A stretch of DNA of 64,000 bases, taken from assembly GCF_964213995.1 (NCBI RefSeq), contig NW_027590128.1:124001-188000 (forward strand). Reading direction: 5' to 3'. The notes under the pieces are model-generated. The model searched no databases. It saw only the letters and a program-made list of their open reading frames with translations, and was not told the origin of the DNA. Shown piece by piece: positions 34,664 through 47,075 of the stretch. Origin of the DNA: Mustelus asterias (Eukaryota). A program made the position numbers and the translations under genes. The number at the start of each line of letters is the position of its first letter. The stretch's first letter is position 1.

Positions 34664-35759
34664 GGTGCAGGTGTCCTTGCCTCTCTCTTGTGTGGACAAT
34701 CCGTTGAAGCCTCGTCCACACACAGAACACGGGTACAGTCTCTCGCTGCTGTGAATGATGTGATATTTATTCAGGCTGTGTAACTGGTTAAAGCTCTTTA
34801 GTCAGTGCGCTGGAACACTCTCACTCGAGTGTGGCAGTGTGTTGGTGCTTTTCCAGTCACACTGATGTTTGAAATCTTTTCAAATCAACAGACCGGACAA
34901 TCATTTCTCCTTCGAGATTCAAAGTCCGATGATATTGAGCTCCCAAGGAATATGACTCTGTCAGATCTGACATGACGTTTGAGATTTCGGGCTGTGTCTC
35001 TTTCAATGTCCTGTGAAATTAGTTTACAAAAGTCATCAGTGTCAGTACAGGATAGAAAGTCAGAACAGGATTCTATTTAAAAATGAAAGTGGATGGGCAC
35101 TTGAAGGAAATAAACTTTCAGGAGAATGGGGATATAGAGTGGGAATGGGACTGGAATGTTATACAGAGAGTCAGCATGGACTCGAGTTACCAAATGTATT
35201 CCTTCTGTGCTGTAATGACTTTATGACTGGAAATGTATAACATCGCTACAGCATTATATTACAATGCAAGAAATAATAATAAATACAGAAACATAAATAA
35301 TTTATCTAATCTGGGTACCATATAATAACACTAGACATATCTCTGTCCTATATTAATTTACTGTCCCCTTAAATATCAGCCATCTCCTGCCCTTTAATTG
35401 TGAACATTAGGAAAGAGACCATCCTTTTAGACAGAAAGAAGATTAACGTTTCAGGGTGGGCAGAATGAATTACAGGGAATAAAAATGTATCAGATTTTGT
35501 TGGTTAATATAAGCTCAGAAGTGGAAGGGAAATGATCTCCAGTGGAAGAGAAACAGTTCCTGAACATTGTAAGACTAAGCTGGTCACTCAGCAGTGAATA
35601 GAGTTGTGAAGTGGTAAAAACCTCATCAAGACATAGCTTGTGGAAATAATAGTTAAAATACACCCATTATTAGAGGCAGAGGAAGGTAGACAATGGCAGA
35701 GAGCTGATCAGGGAGGGCAGAGGTGAAACAGAGAAATGGATGGTCGTTTAAAAATTCAT

Positions 35760-37013
35760 AAAAAGCATGGTTAGCAAGTTTGCAGACGATACTAAATTAG
35801 GAGGAATCGCTGATAGTGAAGAAGGTTATCAAAAATTACAGGGGGATCTTGATCAGTTGTTCGGTTAGGAAAGTGGGCCAATGATTGGCAAATGGATTTC
35901 AGTACAGATAATACAGAGTACAGAGGCACAACCTCAGGCTATAGGGACGATCCTTTAAAACAGAGATAAGGAGGAATTTCTTCAGCCAGAGAGTGGTGAA
36001 TTTGTGGAACTCTTTGCCGCAGAAGGCTGTGGAGGCCAGGTCATTGACTGTCTTTAAGACAGAGATATATAGGTTCTTGATTAATAAGGAGATCTGGGGT
36101 TATGGGAAAAAGGCAGGAAAATGGGGATGAGAAAAATATCAGCCATGATTGAAGGGCGGAGCAAACTCGATGGGCCGAGTGGCCTATTTCTGCTCCTATC
36201 TCTTATGGTCTTAAGTGTGAGTGTTGCATTTTGGAAAGTCAAACCAGGGTAGGACTTGTACAGTGAATGGTAAGGCACTGGGGAGTGTTGAGGAACAGAG
36301 GAACACAGGAATACAAGTACATAGTTCATTGAAAGTGGCGGCACAGGTAAACAGAGTGGTGAAGAAGGCATTTAGCACACTGGCCTTCATCAGTCAGGGC
36401 ACTGAGTATAGGAGTTGGGACATTATGTTATAGTTGTATAAGTCATTGGTGAGGCTGCACTTGGAGTACTGTGTACAGTTTTTGTAACCCTGTTACAGGA
36501 AAGACATTGATAAACTGGAAAGAGTGCAAAGAAGATTTATGAGGATGTTGCCGGGACTAATGGGCCTGAATGATCGTGTGAGGTTGGATAGGCTAGGGCT
36601 TTATTCCTTTGAATGTAGGAGAATGTGGGGTGACTATATTGAGGTGTATTAAATCATGAGGGGCATAGATAGGATGAACCCACATTGTCTTTTTGCCAGG
36701 GTAAGAGAATTGAAAACTAGAGGGCATGGGTTTAAGATGAGAGGGGAAAGATTAAAAGGAACCTGAGGGGCAACTTCTTCATGCAAAGGGTGGTGTGTAC
36801 ATGGAATGAGCTGCCAGAGAAAATGGTTGAGGCAGGTTCAAACAGCAGGTTTAAACATTTTTAAAAGCATTTGGATAATTACATGAATTGGAAAGGATTA
36901 GAGGGATATGAGCCAAACATGGACAACTGGGACTAGCTGGGAGGGCACCATGGTTGGCATGGATCAGTTGGGCCCAAGGGCCAGTTTCCGTGCTATATTG
37001 CTCTATGACTCTA
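35760..37013 (+). mobile_element. CR1 LINE fragment with a nested CR1 3' end (~35915-36212)
   Basis: SKFADDTKLGG, then an inserted tail, then LHFGKSNQGR..LEYCVQF; ctctatgactctatg tail. Confidence 0.85.
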
Positions 37014-37840
37014 TGTGTTGGCTGCATCAGCATCTATTGCCCATAACTCATTGCCCTTGAACTGAGTGGTTTGCATTGCTGGGGGATGTGGTAATTTCCT
37101 TCTTTAAAGGACATTATTAAATTGGATGGATTTTTACAACAATTGTCATCAATGGACTTCTAAGTCTAGATTTTTACTGAATTCAAATTTCAACATCTGC
37201 CGTTGTGGGATTCGAACCCAGGGTTCACAGTGCATTGACCTGGATCCCTGTATTACTAATCCAATAACACTATCACTGCACCATTGCCTCCCCATCCATG
37301 GTAAAGGAGTCACAATAGCCCGAGATCCATGGAATCAGAGCATGCTCTAAATTTAAATTAATGCTCACTAACACTCACCTCAAAACAATTTCACTGTTTT
37401 CACATTTTAAAATCTGCAGCAGCTGAAAAGATCTCAGAGAGATTGATGTCCGGGAAAAATTTTGCAATCTTCAAATCTTCTCCCTGTAAATGAGGAAAGT
37501 TATAGGTGTAATTCAAGGTTAGAAATTCAAGACAGACAAACATTTCTTTTGGTCTGAGTTTGCTGTGTGTAAATCTTTCCCTTCTAATCCCCTGTAAAAG
37601 GAGTTTCCAAAATCCATCAGCATCTGTCCAGGATAGAGATTCAAAACATTCACTCCTCCTTTAACCTGGCACAGAATTACTTCAGCTGGGACAAAATTGC
37701 AGTGGAGGCAGTTCAGAGAAGATCCAGTTGGTTGATTCCTGAAATGAGGAGTTTTATCTTTCAGGTTGAGCAGCTTGGGCCTCTACTCTTTGGAGTTCAG
37801 AAGACTGAGAAGTAATCTTAATGAAACATCTGGGAATTTA

Positions 37841-38158
37841 AGGGCGGAACAGTGGTTAGCACTGCTGCCTCACAGCACCAGGGTCCCAGGTTCAATTCCG
37901 GCCTTGGGTCACTGTCTGTATGGAGTTTGCACATTCTCCCCATGTCTGCGTGGGTTTCCTCCGGGTGCTCTGGTTTCCTCCCACAGTTCAAAGATGTGTG
38001 GGTTAGGTGGATTGGCTATGCTAAATTGACCCTAGTGTCAGGGGGATTAGCAGGGTAAATGCATGGGGTTGTGGGGCTGGGGCCTGGGTGGGATTGTGGT
38101 CGGTACAGACCTGATGGGCCAAATGGCCTCATTCTGCACTGTAGGGATTCTATGATTC
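37841..38158 (+). mobile_element. V-SINE/HE1-like SINE inside a CR1 remnant
   Basis: Head, core and gattctatgattc tail. Confidence 0.87.
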
Positions 38159-38464
38159 ATATGATATAAGGTGCTTGACAAGGTAGATGCTGAGAGGATG
38201 TTTCCTCTGGTGTGGAAATCAAGTAAAAATAAAGGATCTCAAATTTAAGATGAAGAGAGATCTTTTCTCTCAGCGGGTTGTTGATCTTTGGAACTCTGTC
38301 TTCACCAGTGAGTATTGGAGGCAGGTCATTGAATATATTCAAAGCTGAGGTTTTGATCCACAAGAAAGCCAAGGGTATGGACGGGGTGGGGGTAGCAAAG
38401 TAGACATGATCTTATTGAATGATGCAGCAGGCTCGATGGGCCCAATGACTGGCTCCTGTTCTTG

Positions 38465-38870
38465 GATAGCTGCGCATGCGCCCTGCTACCTATTGTCCCT
38501 CTGAAGATCGAGGTTCTGAACCAACCCCTGAAACCACGCCCATTATGACCCGTCACAGACAGCAGCGCATGCGCCCTCCGTCTCCGCTGAAACAAGATGG
38601 CGGCCGATAACCGGGGCCTGTTCCAGGGATAAAAGCCTGGGAGCTGTAAACTCGGGACCTGCAGGGTCTATTCGGGCCGTGCGGCCTACAGCGGGTGTTT
38701 CGAAGCCATACCTCCCTCCCTATCCCGACTCCCGGCTCCATTTCTCCCACAGCCCAACCGACTCACCCGCAGAAAAATGTGCCAACTCCCGCACTCGCAA
38801 GACTCCGAGCAAAGTGACATTGCGCACGCTCCAGATATAGCACTGCGCCTGCGCAATAGGCTCCTGTGGA
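38465..38870 (-). promoter_or_regulatory. CpG promoter-like cassette D (candidate ZNF-4 promoter)
   Basis: GCGCATGCGC twice (~38472, ~38565), CAAGATGGCGGC (~38593), TGCGCCTGCGCA (~38844). Confidence 0.6.
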
Positions 38871-39404
38871 ATGAATAGGACACTGTCACACCCGCAGGGG
38901 CAGCTGGGAATTAACGGCGTCATTGTCAAAGACGATAATAGAAAATTATCTTGTGCAATTAAGATCAAATAATTTAAAAAAATGTATTCCTCGGAATTTG
39001 TGCACTGCCATTCTCCATTTCTAAAATTGATTTAAACCAGTGCTCTCCTGTGGGAATACCCCGAGTTTTAAAAACTTTTCCCACTGGTTTCTTCCCCTCT
39101 CTGCTCTCCTGAAGGTGCTCATACTGGTTGGGTAAATCCCACAGAGACTGGTTTCTTTCACTTTCTTTCCCCTGATGCTGAATATTCTGTTTTATGGAAT
39201 GATACATCACAGATGGAAACCATTTTGCTCATCCTGCCCAATCGGGCTGTCTTTAAGATCTATCCAATTAATCCCACAGCCTTGCTGGCAGAGTGAGAAC
39301 AATATCTATATACTGCAGCAGTGCAGGAGGTGAATGGAAAATGTTTTCCAGTTGCACACCTCTCAGACACACTCACCCCTAGAAAGATAAATTGGCCTGT
39401 GTAC

Positions 39405-39615
39405 TAAGAACAAAGAAAATTACAGTACAGGAACAGGCCCTTTGGCCCTCCAAGCCTGCACCGACCATGCTGCCCGATTTAAGTAAAACCCCCTACCCTT
39501 CTGGGAACCATATCACTCTATTCCCAAAGTATTCATGTACTTGTCAAGACGCCCCTTAAAAGTCACTACCGTACCTGCTTCCACTACCTCCCCCGAGTTC
39601 CAGGCACCCACCACT
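39405..39615 (-). mobile_element. CR1 3' end abutting a truncated ZNF exon
   Basis: taagaacaaagaaaattacagtacaggaacagg tail on the reverse strand. Confidence 0.8.
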
Positions 39616-39897
39616 CCCCGCTGTGAATGCTGCGATGTATTTTCAGGCTGTGTAACTGGTTAAAGCTCTTTCCACACTCAGTGCACTGGAACACTCTCAC
39701 TCGGGTGTGTGTCTCGGTGCTTTTCCAGTCACACTGAAATTTAAAATCTCCTGAAGCAGACTGAACAGAGAAACATTTCCATTCTGGATTCAAAGGTCGA
39801 TAATATTCAGGTCCCGACGAATTGAGGACTCTGTCAGATATTGATGTGACGTTTGGTTTGAGATTTCTGTCTGTAAATCCTCACCTTCTAATATCCT
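39616..39897 (-). pseudogene. ZNF-5 relic: leader of the finger exon only, array missing
   Basis: [31 protein letters not shown] nearly identical to 3145-3240, then runs directly into CR1. Confidence 0.8.
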
Positions 39898-40619
39898 GTA
39901 AAAGGAATTTACAAAAGTCATCAATGTCAGTACAAGATAGAAATTCAGAACAGACAGTTCAAGTTTCTATGGAACATTCTTTCCTCTCTCATTCCCCAAA
40001 AGCTGTAAATCTCCATCCCACACACTCTCTCTCCATTCTCACTCTGCTGTATCTAATATTCACCCTCCCAATTCTCCTAAAGATGCTAATTGAGGCTGAT
40101 TGACAGATCCATGCTCACTGCTTCCTGTCCTGGACACAGGGAGCTGAAAATCTCCATGCAGGCTGCCAGACAGATGTCTATAATACTGGATAAAAGTGTA
40201 ATATACAGGACATTATTTGAATAGTGACAGAGCAGGGATTTGAGGAAGATTTATACTTGGGTAGGGAGAGCACATGATCTGGAACTCGCTGCCTAAAAGG
40301 ATGGTGGAACAGAAGATGAATGGGAAATACATCTCATGATATAGTGGGATCTGGAAAGCAGAATTTATTTCCCTTTCCAAAAGAGAAAATGCTGGAAAAT
40401 CTCTGCAGGTCTGGCAGCATCTGTGAGGAGAGAAAAGAGCTGACATTGAGGCCGGATGACCCTTTGTCAAAGCTATTTCCCTTTCTTTCCTTCTCTGCCA
40501 CCGCTCTGCCTCATCAATAAGACATTGGGACTCAGAGGGTTGATGCAGTTTGATGGACAAGTTGTCTCCATTCTGAACAATGGGGAACAAGCTCCTCCCA
40601 CTCAATGACAACATTGCCC

Positions 40620-41720
40620 CCTAAAAGGATGACGGCTGCGCATGCGCCTTCTTGCATATTGCCCCCAATAAAGATGGCGGCCGTGAGCGCGGCCCGAACA
40701 TGAGGAGCTGCGGTACCGCTCGGTACAAACTGGGTCCGTTGGAGGTCCCTCTACGGAGGGATCTCCCCCAATTACGTCGGGGACCTGGGGTGGAGGGTGA
40801 TGCATGCAGCAGTTCCGCACAACCGTAGGATTCACTGGTTCACGGGCTCCGAAGACTGCCCTTTCTGCGGCCTTGTGGAGTCCATGGACTATGTCTATGT
40901 TGAGTGTCTTAGGCTGCACTCCCTTTATGTTTTCCTAAAGAGCCTTTTGTTGATGTTTTGTCTGCATTTCAGTCCCACGCTCCTGATCTACGGACACCTG
41001 GTGCGGAGAGGGGAGGGGAGGGATGGCGACCTCCTTGTGAACCTGCTCCTGGGCCTGGCGAAACGCGCCATTTACTGGTCCAGGCTGCGGGCGATCGAGG
41101 GGGCCGTCCATCCTGACTGTCTTCCCCTCTACCGCAGCTACGTTCACGGCCAGGTGTCCCTGGAGAGGGAGCATGCGGTGTCCACGGGCGAGGTTGACGC
41201 TTTCCGCGCCCGCTGGGCACCGCAGGGGTTGGGGTGCATTATTGACCCTAATAATCACATTTTAATTTGATGTTTTTAAGTTTCCTTTGTACTTTGATTT
41301 CTGTTCGGGCTGTTCCCCCTCCTTTTTGGGGAGCTGCCCCTTTTACTTTGTCCTGAATTAATCTGAGTTTGTTTACTTGGTTTGGTTTGACCTAAAAAGA
41401 GGACAAACTGGGTCCGTGAAGCTCTTTACCGAGGTTCACGGCTGACACAACCTGCTTACGCAGCGTTTCCGTCCACCCGCGAGATCCCTCGCCCCCTCCG
41501 TACCGTCAATCACCGCTAACCTATCTCCGAGCCGAAAAAACAGCCCCGTCTCCGTCGCCATTACCCACACTGCGCATGCCCCAGTCAGAGCGGGCCCCGC
41601 CCCTCATTCACTGTGATTGGTTGGAGGACCAGCCTCTCCCACTCGGACCTCCAACCGCGCCCCTTGTCTCCCCATTGGTCCACGCTGCCGTCAATCAGCC
41701 GGGCATTGTGACGGTGACTT
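40620..41720 (-). promoter_or_regulatory. Promoter cassette A, copy 2, split by a Tx1 insertion
   Basis: Colinear with 9140-9570; GCGCATGCGC, AAGATGGCGGC, GC box and ATTGG boxes. Confidence 0.6.
40740..41402 (+). mobile_element. Tx1-clade 3' fragment with 15-bp TSD
   Basis: TSD acaaactgggtccgt at 40725-40739 and 41403-41417; near-identical to the RC of 5438-6100; zinc knuckle CPFCG; no poly(A). Confidence 0.93.
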
Positions 41721-41894
41721 GCTGCTTGTCCAATAATAAGTGACAGAGTCTCAGTGTTACAATGACACACACAGGCTCCAATACAATCAGAGTGGGGATG
41801 GAGCACAGAGACAACACAGCAAAGCACTGACTTCAAAACAGAAAATGCTGCAAAACCTCAGCAAGTCTGACAGCAACTGTGGAGAGAGATTCCA

Positions 41895-42710
41895 TGAAGT
41901 GGAGATGCCGGCGTTCGACTGGGGTAGGCCCAGTAAGAAGTCTCACAACACCAGGTTAAAGTCCAACAGGTTTATTTGGTAGCACAAGCCATAAGCTTTC
42001 GGAGCGCTGCCCCTTCATCAGATGAGTGGGAGTTCTGTTCACAAACAGGGCATATAAAGACACAAACCCAATTTACAAAATAATGGTTGGAATGCAAGTC
42101 TTTACAGGTAATCAAGTCTTAATGGTACAGACAACGTGAGTGGAGACAGCATTAAGCACAGGTTAAAGAGATGTGTATTGTCTCCAGCCAGGACAGAAAG
42201 TGAGATTTTGCAAGTCCAGGCAAGTTGTGGGGGTTACAGATAGTGTGACATGAACCCAAGATCCTGGTTGAGGCCGTCCTCATGTGTGCGGAACTTAGCT
42301 ATCAGTCCCTGCTCAGCGACTCTGCGTTGTTGTGTGTCATGAAGGCCGTCTTGGAGAACGCTTACCCGAAGATCAGAGGCCGAATTCTATGAATGCCTGT
42401 GACTGTTGAAGTGTTCCCCAACAGGAAGAGAACACTCTTGCCTGGTGATTGTCGAGCGCTGTTCATTCATCCGTGGTCGTCTCGTCTGCATAGTCTCCCC
42501 AATGTACCATGCCTCGGGACATCCTTTCCTGCAACGTATCAGGCAGACAACGTTGGCTGAGTTGCAAGTGTATGTACCGTGTACCTGGTGGATGGTGTTC
42601 TCACGTGAGATGATGGCAGCCGTGTTGATGATCCGGCACGTCTTGCAGAGGTTGCTGTGGCAGGGTTGTGTGGTGTCGTGGTCACTGTTCTCCTGAAGGC
42701 TGGGGAGTTT
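41895..42710 (-). mobile_element. PLE family 1 3' fragment (GIY-YIG region plus pLTR); hammerhead motif at 41990-42024
   Basis: CNSANVVCLIRC..WYIGETMQT; RC CAU CUGAUGA A GGGGC agc GCUCC GAAA GC UU AUG; appears nested in a family-2 repeat (41835-41890 and 42722-42768). Confidence 0.9.
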
Positions 42711-42889
42711 GTGAGACTTACAAAGAGATTCTAGCCAACATTTCGAGTCTGAATGACCCTTCGTCATGGATTGGCTTAGTTTACTTACTCTGGATTTAAC
42801 AAACATAGTGTTTATTCCAAATATAAGTCAGGCTGCAGTGTGTCAGTGAACACAGTATTGGATCCAATGTAATGATAGGGCAGACAGTA

Positions 42890-43185
42890 TAGAATCCCTA
42901 CAGTGCAGAAGGAGGTCACTGAGCCTATACCAACAACGATCTCACCCCCAGCCCTATCCCCGTCACCCATGTAGTTATCCTGCTAATCCCCAACACTAAG
43001 GGCCAATTTAGCATGGCCAATCAATCTAATCTGCACATTTTTGGAGTGTGGGAGTAAATAAGAGCACCCGGAGGAAACCCACACAGATACAGGGAGAATG
43101 TGCAGACTCCACACAGTCAGCTGAGGCACGAATTGAACCCGGGTTCCTGGCGCTGTGAGGCAGCAATGCTGACCACTGGGCTGCC
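42890..43185 (-). mobile_element. V-SINE/HE1-like SINE, diverged
   Basis: Head and core on the minus strand. Confidence 0.8.
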
Positions 43186-44729
43186 AGGCTGCCTGTGTTT
43201 TAAGAAATCTCATTAAAATCTGGAACTCAGATGGGGATATGGGTTGGTGTTAGGTGGGAATCAGATTTACAGAATTTCAGAATGGATTCCTGTAATATCA
43301 GCAATCCAATTGCTATATGTTGGTAAGACTGAGGGAAGTATTTAAAGTGGAGACCATCGGTGTGTTTAAAGGTCGTGATGGAATTTATGAATTGAGAAAA
43401 TATGTGAGAGCAAAGAAATCAATCTAGAAAATTGTAGTCACTTCACGTTGTTCCAGGAGAAGTGGCGTCTGGTTGTGGAGATGTCAGGTTTTACACAGCA
43501 CATGGTCATTCTGAATGGAGAATCTCTGAGTTGTACAATTCACATCATTCAGGGGCCAGATTGTCTGCTCAGAAAGAGGAAGGTTTCTGTGACACCAATG
43601 AAAAGCAACACACACACTCACAGACACCCTCACACACAGAGTCTCACACCCTGCAAATTATCTCCTGTCACTTTATTGTTTTTAGTCTTTTTGAAATAAA
43701 TCCTGAATGAACTATAAAATCATACATAAGTACTTGTTGAGATTCCCCTGAAAGACATCTATACTGTTCATTTCACTCCCTGTAGTTGTGATTTCCATAT
43801 TCTCGCCACTCTTTGTGTAGAGAAATTTATCCTGGATTTCCTATTGGGTTTCTTAGTGACTGTTTTATATTGATTGTCTCCAGTTTCCCAGTAACTTCAT
43901 TGCAGTGTTAATCTAAGCCTACTTGTGACGAATAAATAAAAACTTTACTTTTTGCTCTTCCCCTCAAGAGGAAACACTATTTCTGTATCTAAACCCTTTA
44001 TAATTTTGAGGACCTCTGCTCAGGTTACCCCTCAGCCTTCATTTCTCAAGAAAGAAGAACTAGCCTGTCAATCCTTTCCTGATAAAAAAACCACACACGT
44101 TTTGAAAATCATTTATGGGATGTGGGCATTGCTGGCTTGGCCAGCATTTATGGCTAATCCCTGATTGCCCTTGAGAAGGTGGTGGTGAGCTGCCTTCTAC
44201 ATTAAAATCTCATCATTAAAATCTTCTCCACCCTTTCCAGTGCCTGGATATTTTTTTAATAATACGGTGACCAGAATGGTATGCAGTAGTCAGGAAGATT
44301 CTTGATTAAAGAGTCACAGATTTTCCAAAAGTGGTTTGAGCTTATCCATGGTTTTAAATTAGATTATTAGGAAGCAACAATTTAAAAATGATGCATAATA
44401 AACAGGGGAAAAAAAAACAAGACCTATGGCAGGTGAGTAACTGAGGCCCCAGCACTGATCCTGCGTTACCCAAATAGTCACTGCCTGCCAGTTGGAAAAA
44501 GACCCGTTTAATCCTACTCTTTGTCTCCTGTCTGCCAATCAGTTTTCTCCCCATCTCAGTACAACAGCCCCAATCCCATGTGCTTTACTTTTTGTGAAGA
44601 AGTTGCCGAGTTGGCGGACGAGGGGAATCGGGTTCACGTTATCTATCTCAGGGCATAATCATCAACAACTTGTATTTACACAGAGTGTTGTGGGGCTGGA
44701 GGAGGTTACTGCGATACTGAGGAACTTTT

Positions 44730-45075
44730 TAAAATTCATTTTTACGGAATGTAGGCGTCACTTGCTGGGCCAGCATTTCTTTCCCATCCCTAACTGCCCT
44801 CCATTTCAGAGGGCATTTGAGAGTCAACCACATTGCTGGTCTGGAGTCACATGTAGGCCTGACCAAGTAAGGACGGCAGGTTTCCTTTTCTAAAGGACGT
44901 TACTGAATCAAATGGGTTTTTACGACAATTGATTAAAGGTTGAGGTTTGTCATTAGACTTTTAATTGAAGATTTTAATTGAATACAAATTTCACCATCGA
45001 CTGTGGTGGGATTCGAACCTGGGTCCCCAGAGCCTTACCCTGAGTCCAGTGATAATTCCACTGTGCCGCTGCCTC
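44730..45075 (-). mobile_element. DeuSINE-like SINE
   Basis: Reverse-complement match to 4364-4755. Confidence 0.65.
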
Positions 45076-45140
45076 CCCTATTCATCCAATTGTTATTGTT
45101 TATCTCAGGGCGCAGAAACAACAGAATCCAACGTTGCCGG

Positions 45141-46430
45141 TCACACATGAAGTCGTCTATGTTTCAGCAGGCTGTAATACTGATTAAATCCCTTCCCACA
45201 CATGGAGCAGTTGAAAGGTTTTGCCCCAGTGTGAACTCGCTGGTGTCTCTGCAGACGGGATGGATCAGTGAATCCCTTCCCACACAGGGAGCAGTTGAAA
45301 GGTTTTGCCCCAGTGTGAACTCGCTGGTGTCTCTGCAGGCGGGATGGATCAGTGAATCCCTTCCCACACAGGGAGCAGGTGAACGGTTCTGTCGCAGTGT
45401 GAGCTCGCTGGTGTTTCAGCATATAGGATGAATCAGTGAATCCCTTCCCACACACAGAGCAGGTGAACGGCTTCTCCCCGGTGTGAATGCGTTGGTGTCT
45501 CAGCAGGCCAGACGACTGAGCGAATCCCTTTCCACACACAGAGCACAGGAACGGCCTCTCCCCGGTGTGAATGCGTTTGTGTTTCAGCAGATCATCACTT
45601 CTTTTAAAGGTCTTATTGCATTCTGAGCATTGAAAAGGTCTCTTGTCAGAGTGAATGTGTTGGTGTTGATTGCAGTAGGAAAACTGAGCAAATCTTTTGC
45701 CGCAAATGGAGCAGGAGAACGGCTTCTCCCCTGTGTGAATGCGGCGGTGTCTCCGGAGGCTGGATGACTCCGTGAAAGCCTTCCCACACACGGAGCAGCT
45801 GAATGCCTTCTCCCCGGTGTGAATCGGCCGGTGACTTAGCAGATGCTGGAAACAAGTAAATGCTTTCCCACACACAGGGCAAACGTATGGCCTCTCCCCA
45901 GTGTGAGTGCCCTGGTGTCTCAGCAGACTAATCCTTCTTTTGAAGGTCTTCTCACATTTAAAGCATTTAAAATGTCTCTTCTGAAAATGAATCTGTTGGT
46001 GAACGGTGCAGTGGGAGGACTGAGTGAATCTCTTCCCACACTGGGAGCAGCTGAATGGCCTGTCCTTGGTGTGAACTTGTTGGTGCTCAGTGAGATGCAC
46101 TGAGTCGCTGAACGACTCTCCACAGTGAGAGCAGCTGAACGGTCTCTCGTGTGTGTGAAGGAGCTGGTGCTCTGCAAGGCGGGAGGACTGGCTGAACCTC
46201 TTCCCGCAGTGGGAGCAGCTGAACGGTCTCTCGTCAGTGTGAAGGAGCTGGTGTTGGGCCTGTTCCTCAGAGGTTTCAATGCTTTGCCCAGAGTCAGAGC
46301 TTTGAAGAGGCTTCTGAATAATGTGATCGAGTTGGTGAGCCAGCAGGTTGGACGAACACATGAATTTCTTCCCACACACGGAGCAGGTGAATGAACTCTC
46401 ACTGTTGCGAGCTCGCTGTCGTGTCAGCAT
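45141..46430 (-). CDS. ZNF-6: C2H2 protein, 14 intact fingers plus degenerate N-terminal fingers
   Basis: Open frame 45141-46496; first in-frame ATG at 46430 (true start uncertain); candidate acceptor ttttgcag at ~46614-46621. Confidence 0.88.
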   Translation of the reverse strand: MLTRQRARNSESSFTCSVCGKKFMCSSNLLAHQLDHIIQKPLQSSDSGQSIETSEEQAQHQLLHTDERPFSCSHCGKRFSQSSRLAEHQLLHTHERPFSCSHCGESFSDSVHLTEHQQVHTKDRPFSCSQCGKRFTQSSHCTVHQQIHFQKRHFKCFKCEKTFKRRISLLRHQGTHTGERPYVCPVCGKAFTCFQHLLSHRPIHTGEKAFSCSVCGKAFTESSSLRRHRRIHTGEKPFSCSICGKRFAQFSYCNQHQHIHSDKRPFQCSECNKTFKRSDDLLKHKRIHTGERPFLCSVCGKGFAQSSGLLRHQRIHTGEKPFTCSVCGKGFTDSSYMLKHQRAHTATEPFTCSLCGKGFTDPSRLQRHQRVHTGAKPFNCSLCGKGFTDPSRLQRHQRVHTGAKPFNCSMCGKGFNQYYSLLKHRRLHV

Positions 46431-46639
46431 GTTTTCCAGCTGTATCAATCCCTTCCCACAGGAGGAGCAAGGAAACAGATTCTCACCAGTTTCCAACTGA
46501 GATGGTCAATTAAATCCCTTCAGATGTACAAATCTTCAAATCCCAATGAATTGATTGACTCTGTCTGACGTGAGATTTGTTTGTCCAGACTGCAAATCCT
46601 CCTCTTCTATTTCCTGCAAAATAAGTTTACAAAGAATTA

Positions 46640-47075
46640 CGTGGCTGGCACGGCGGCACAGTGGTTAGTACTCCAGCCTCACAGCGCCAGGGACCTGGGT
46701 TCGATTCCGGCCTTGGTTACCTGTCTGTGTGGAGTTTACACAGTAAGGAGTCTAACAACACCAGGTTAAAGTCCAACAGGTTTATTTGGTAGCAAACGCC
46801 ACTAGCTTTCAGAGCGCTGCTGTGTGGAGTTTGCACATTCTCCACTTGTCTGCGTGGGTTTCCTCCGGGTGCTCCAGTTTTCTCCCACAGTCCAAAGATA
46901 TTCAGGTTAGGTGGATTGGCCATGCTAAATTATCCATTTTCTCCCAGGGTGTGTAGGTTGGGGAGATTAGTGGGGTAAATAAGTTGGGTTATGTTGTTGG
47001 GGCCTTGGTGGGATGCTCTGTCAGAGAGTTGACTTGATGGGCCAAATAGCCTCCTTCCGAACTGTGGAATTCTAT
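46640..47075 (+). mobile_element. V-SINE/HE1-like SINE containing a PLE fragment (46738-46819, 13-bp TSD)
   Basis: TSD ctgtgtggagttt at 46725-46737 and 46820-46832. Confidence 0.88.

Noticed and set aside
43885-43950. Short motif repeated at ~32130-32200, ~43885-43950 and ~56560-56630
   Set aside because: Most simply the 3' tip of an unidentified LINE; too short to classify.
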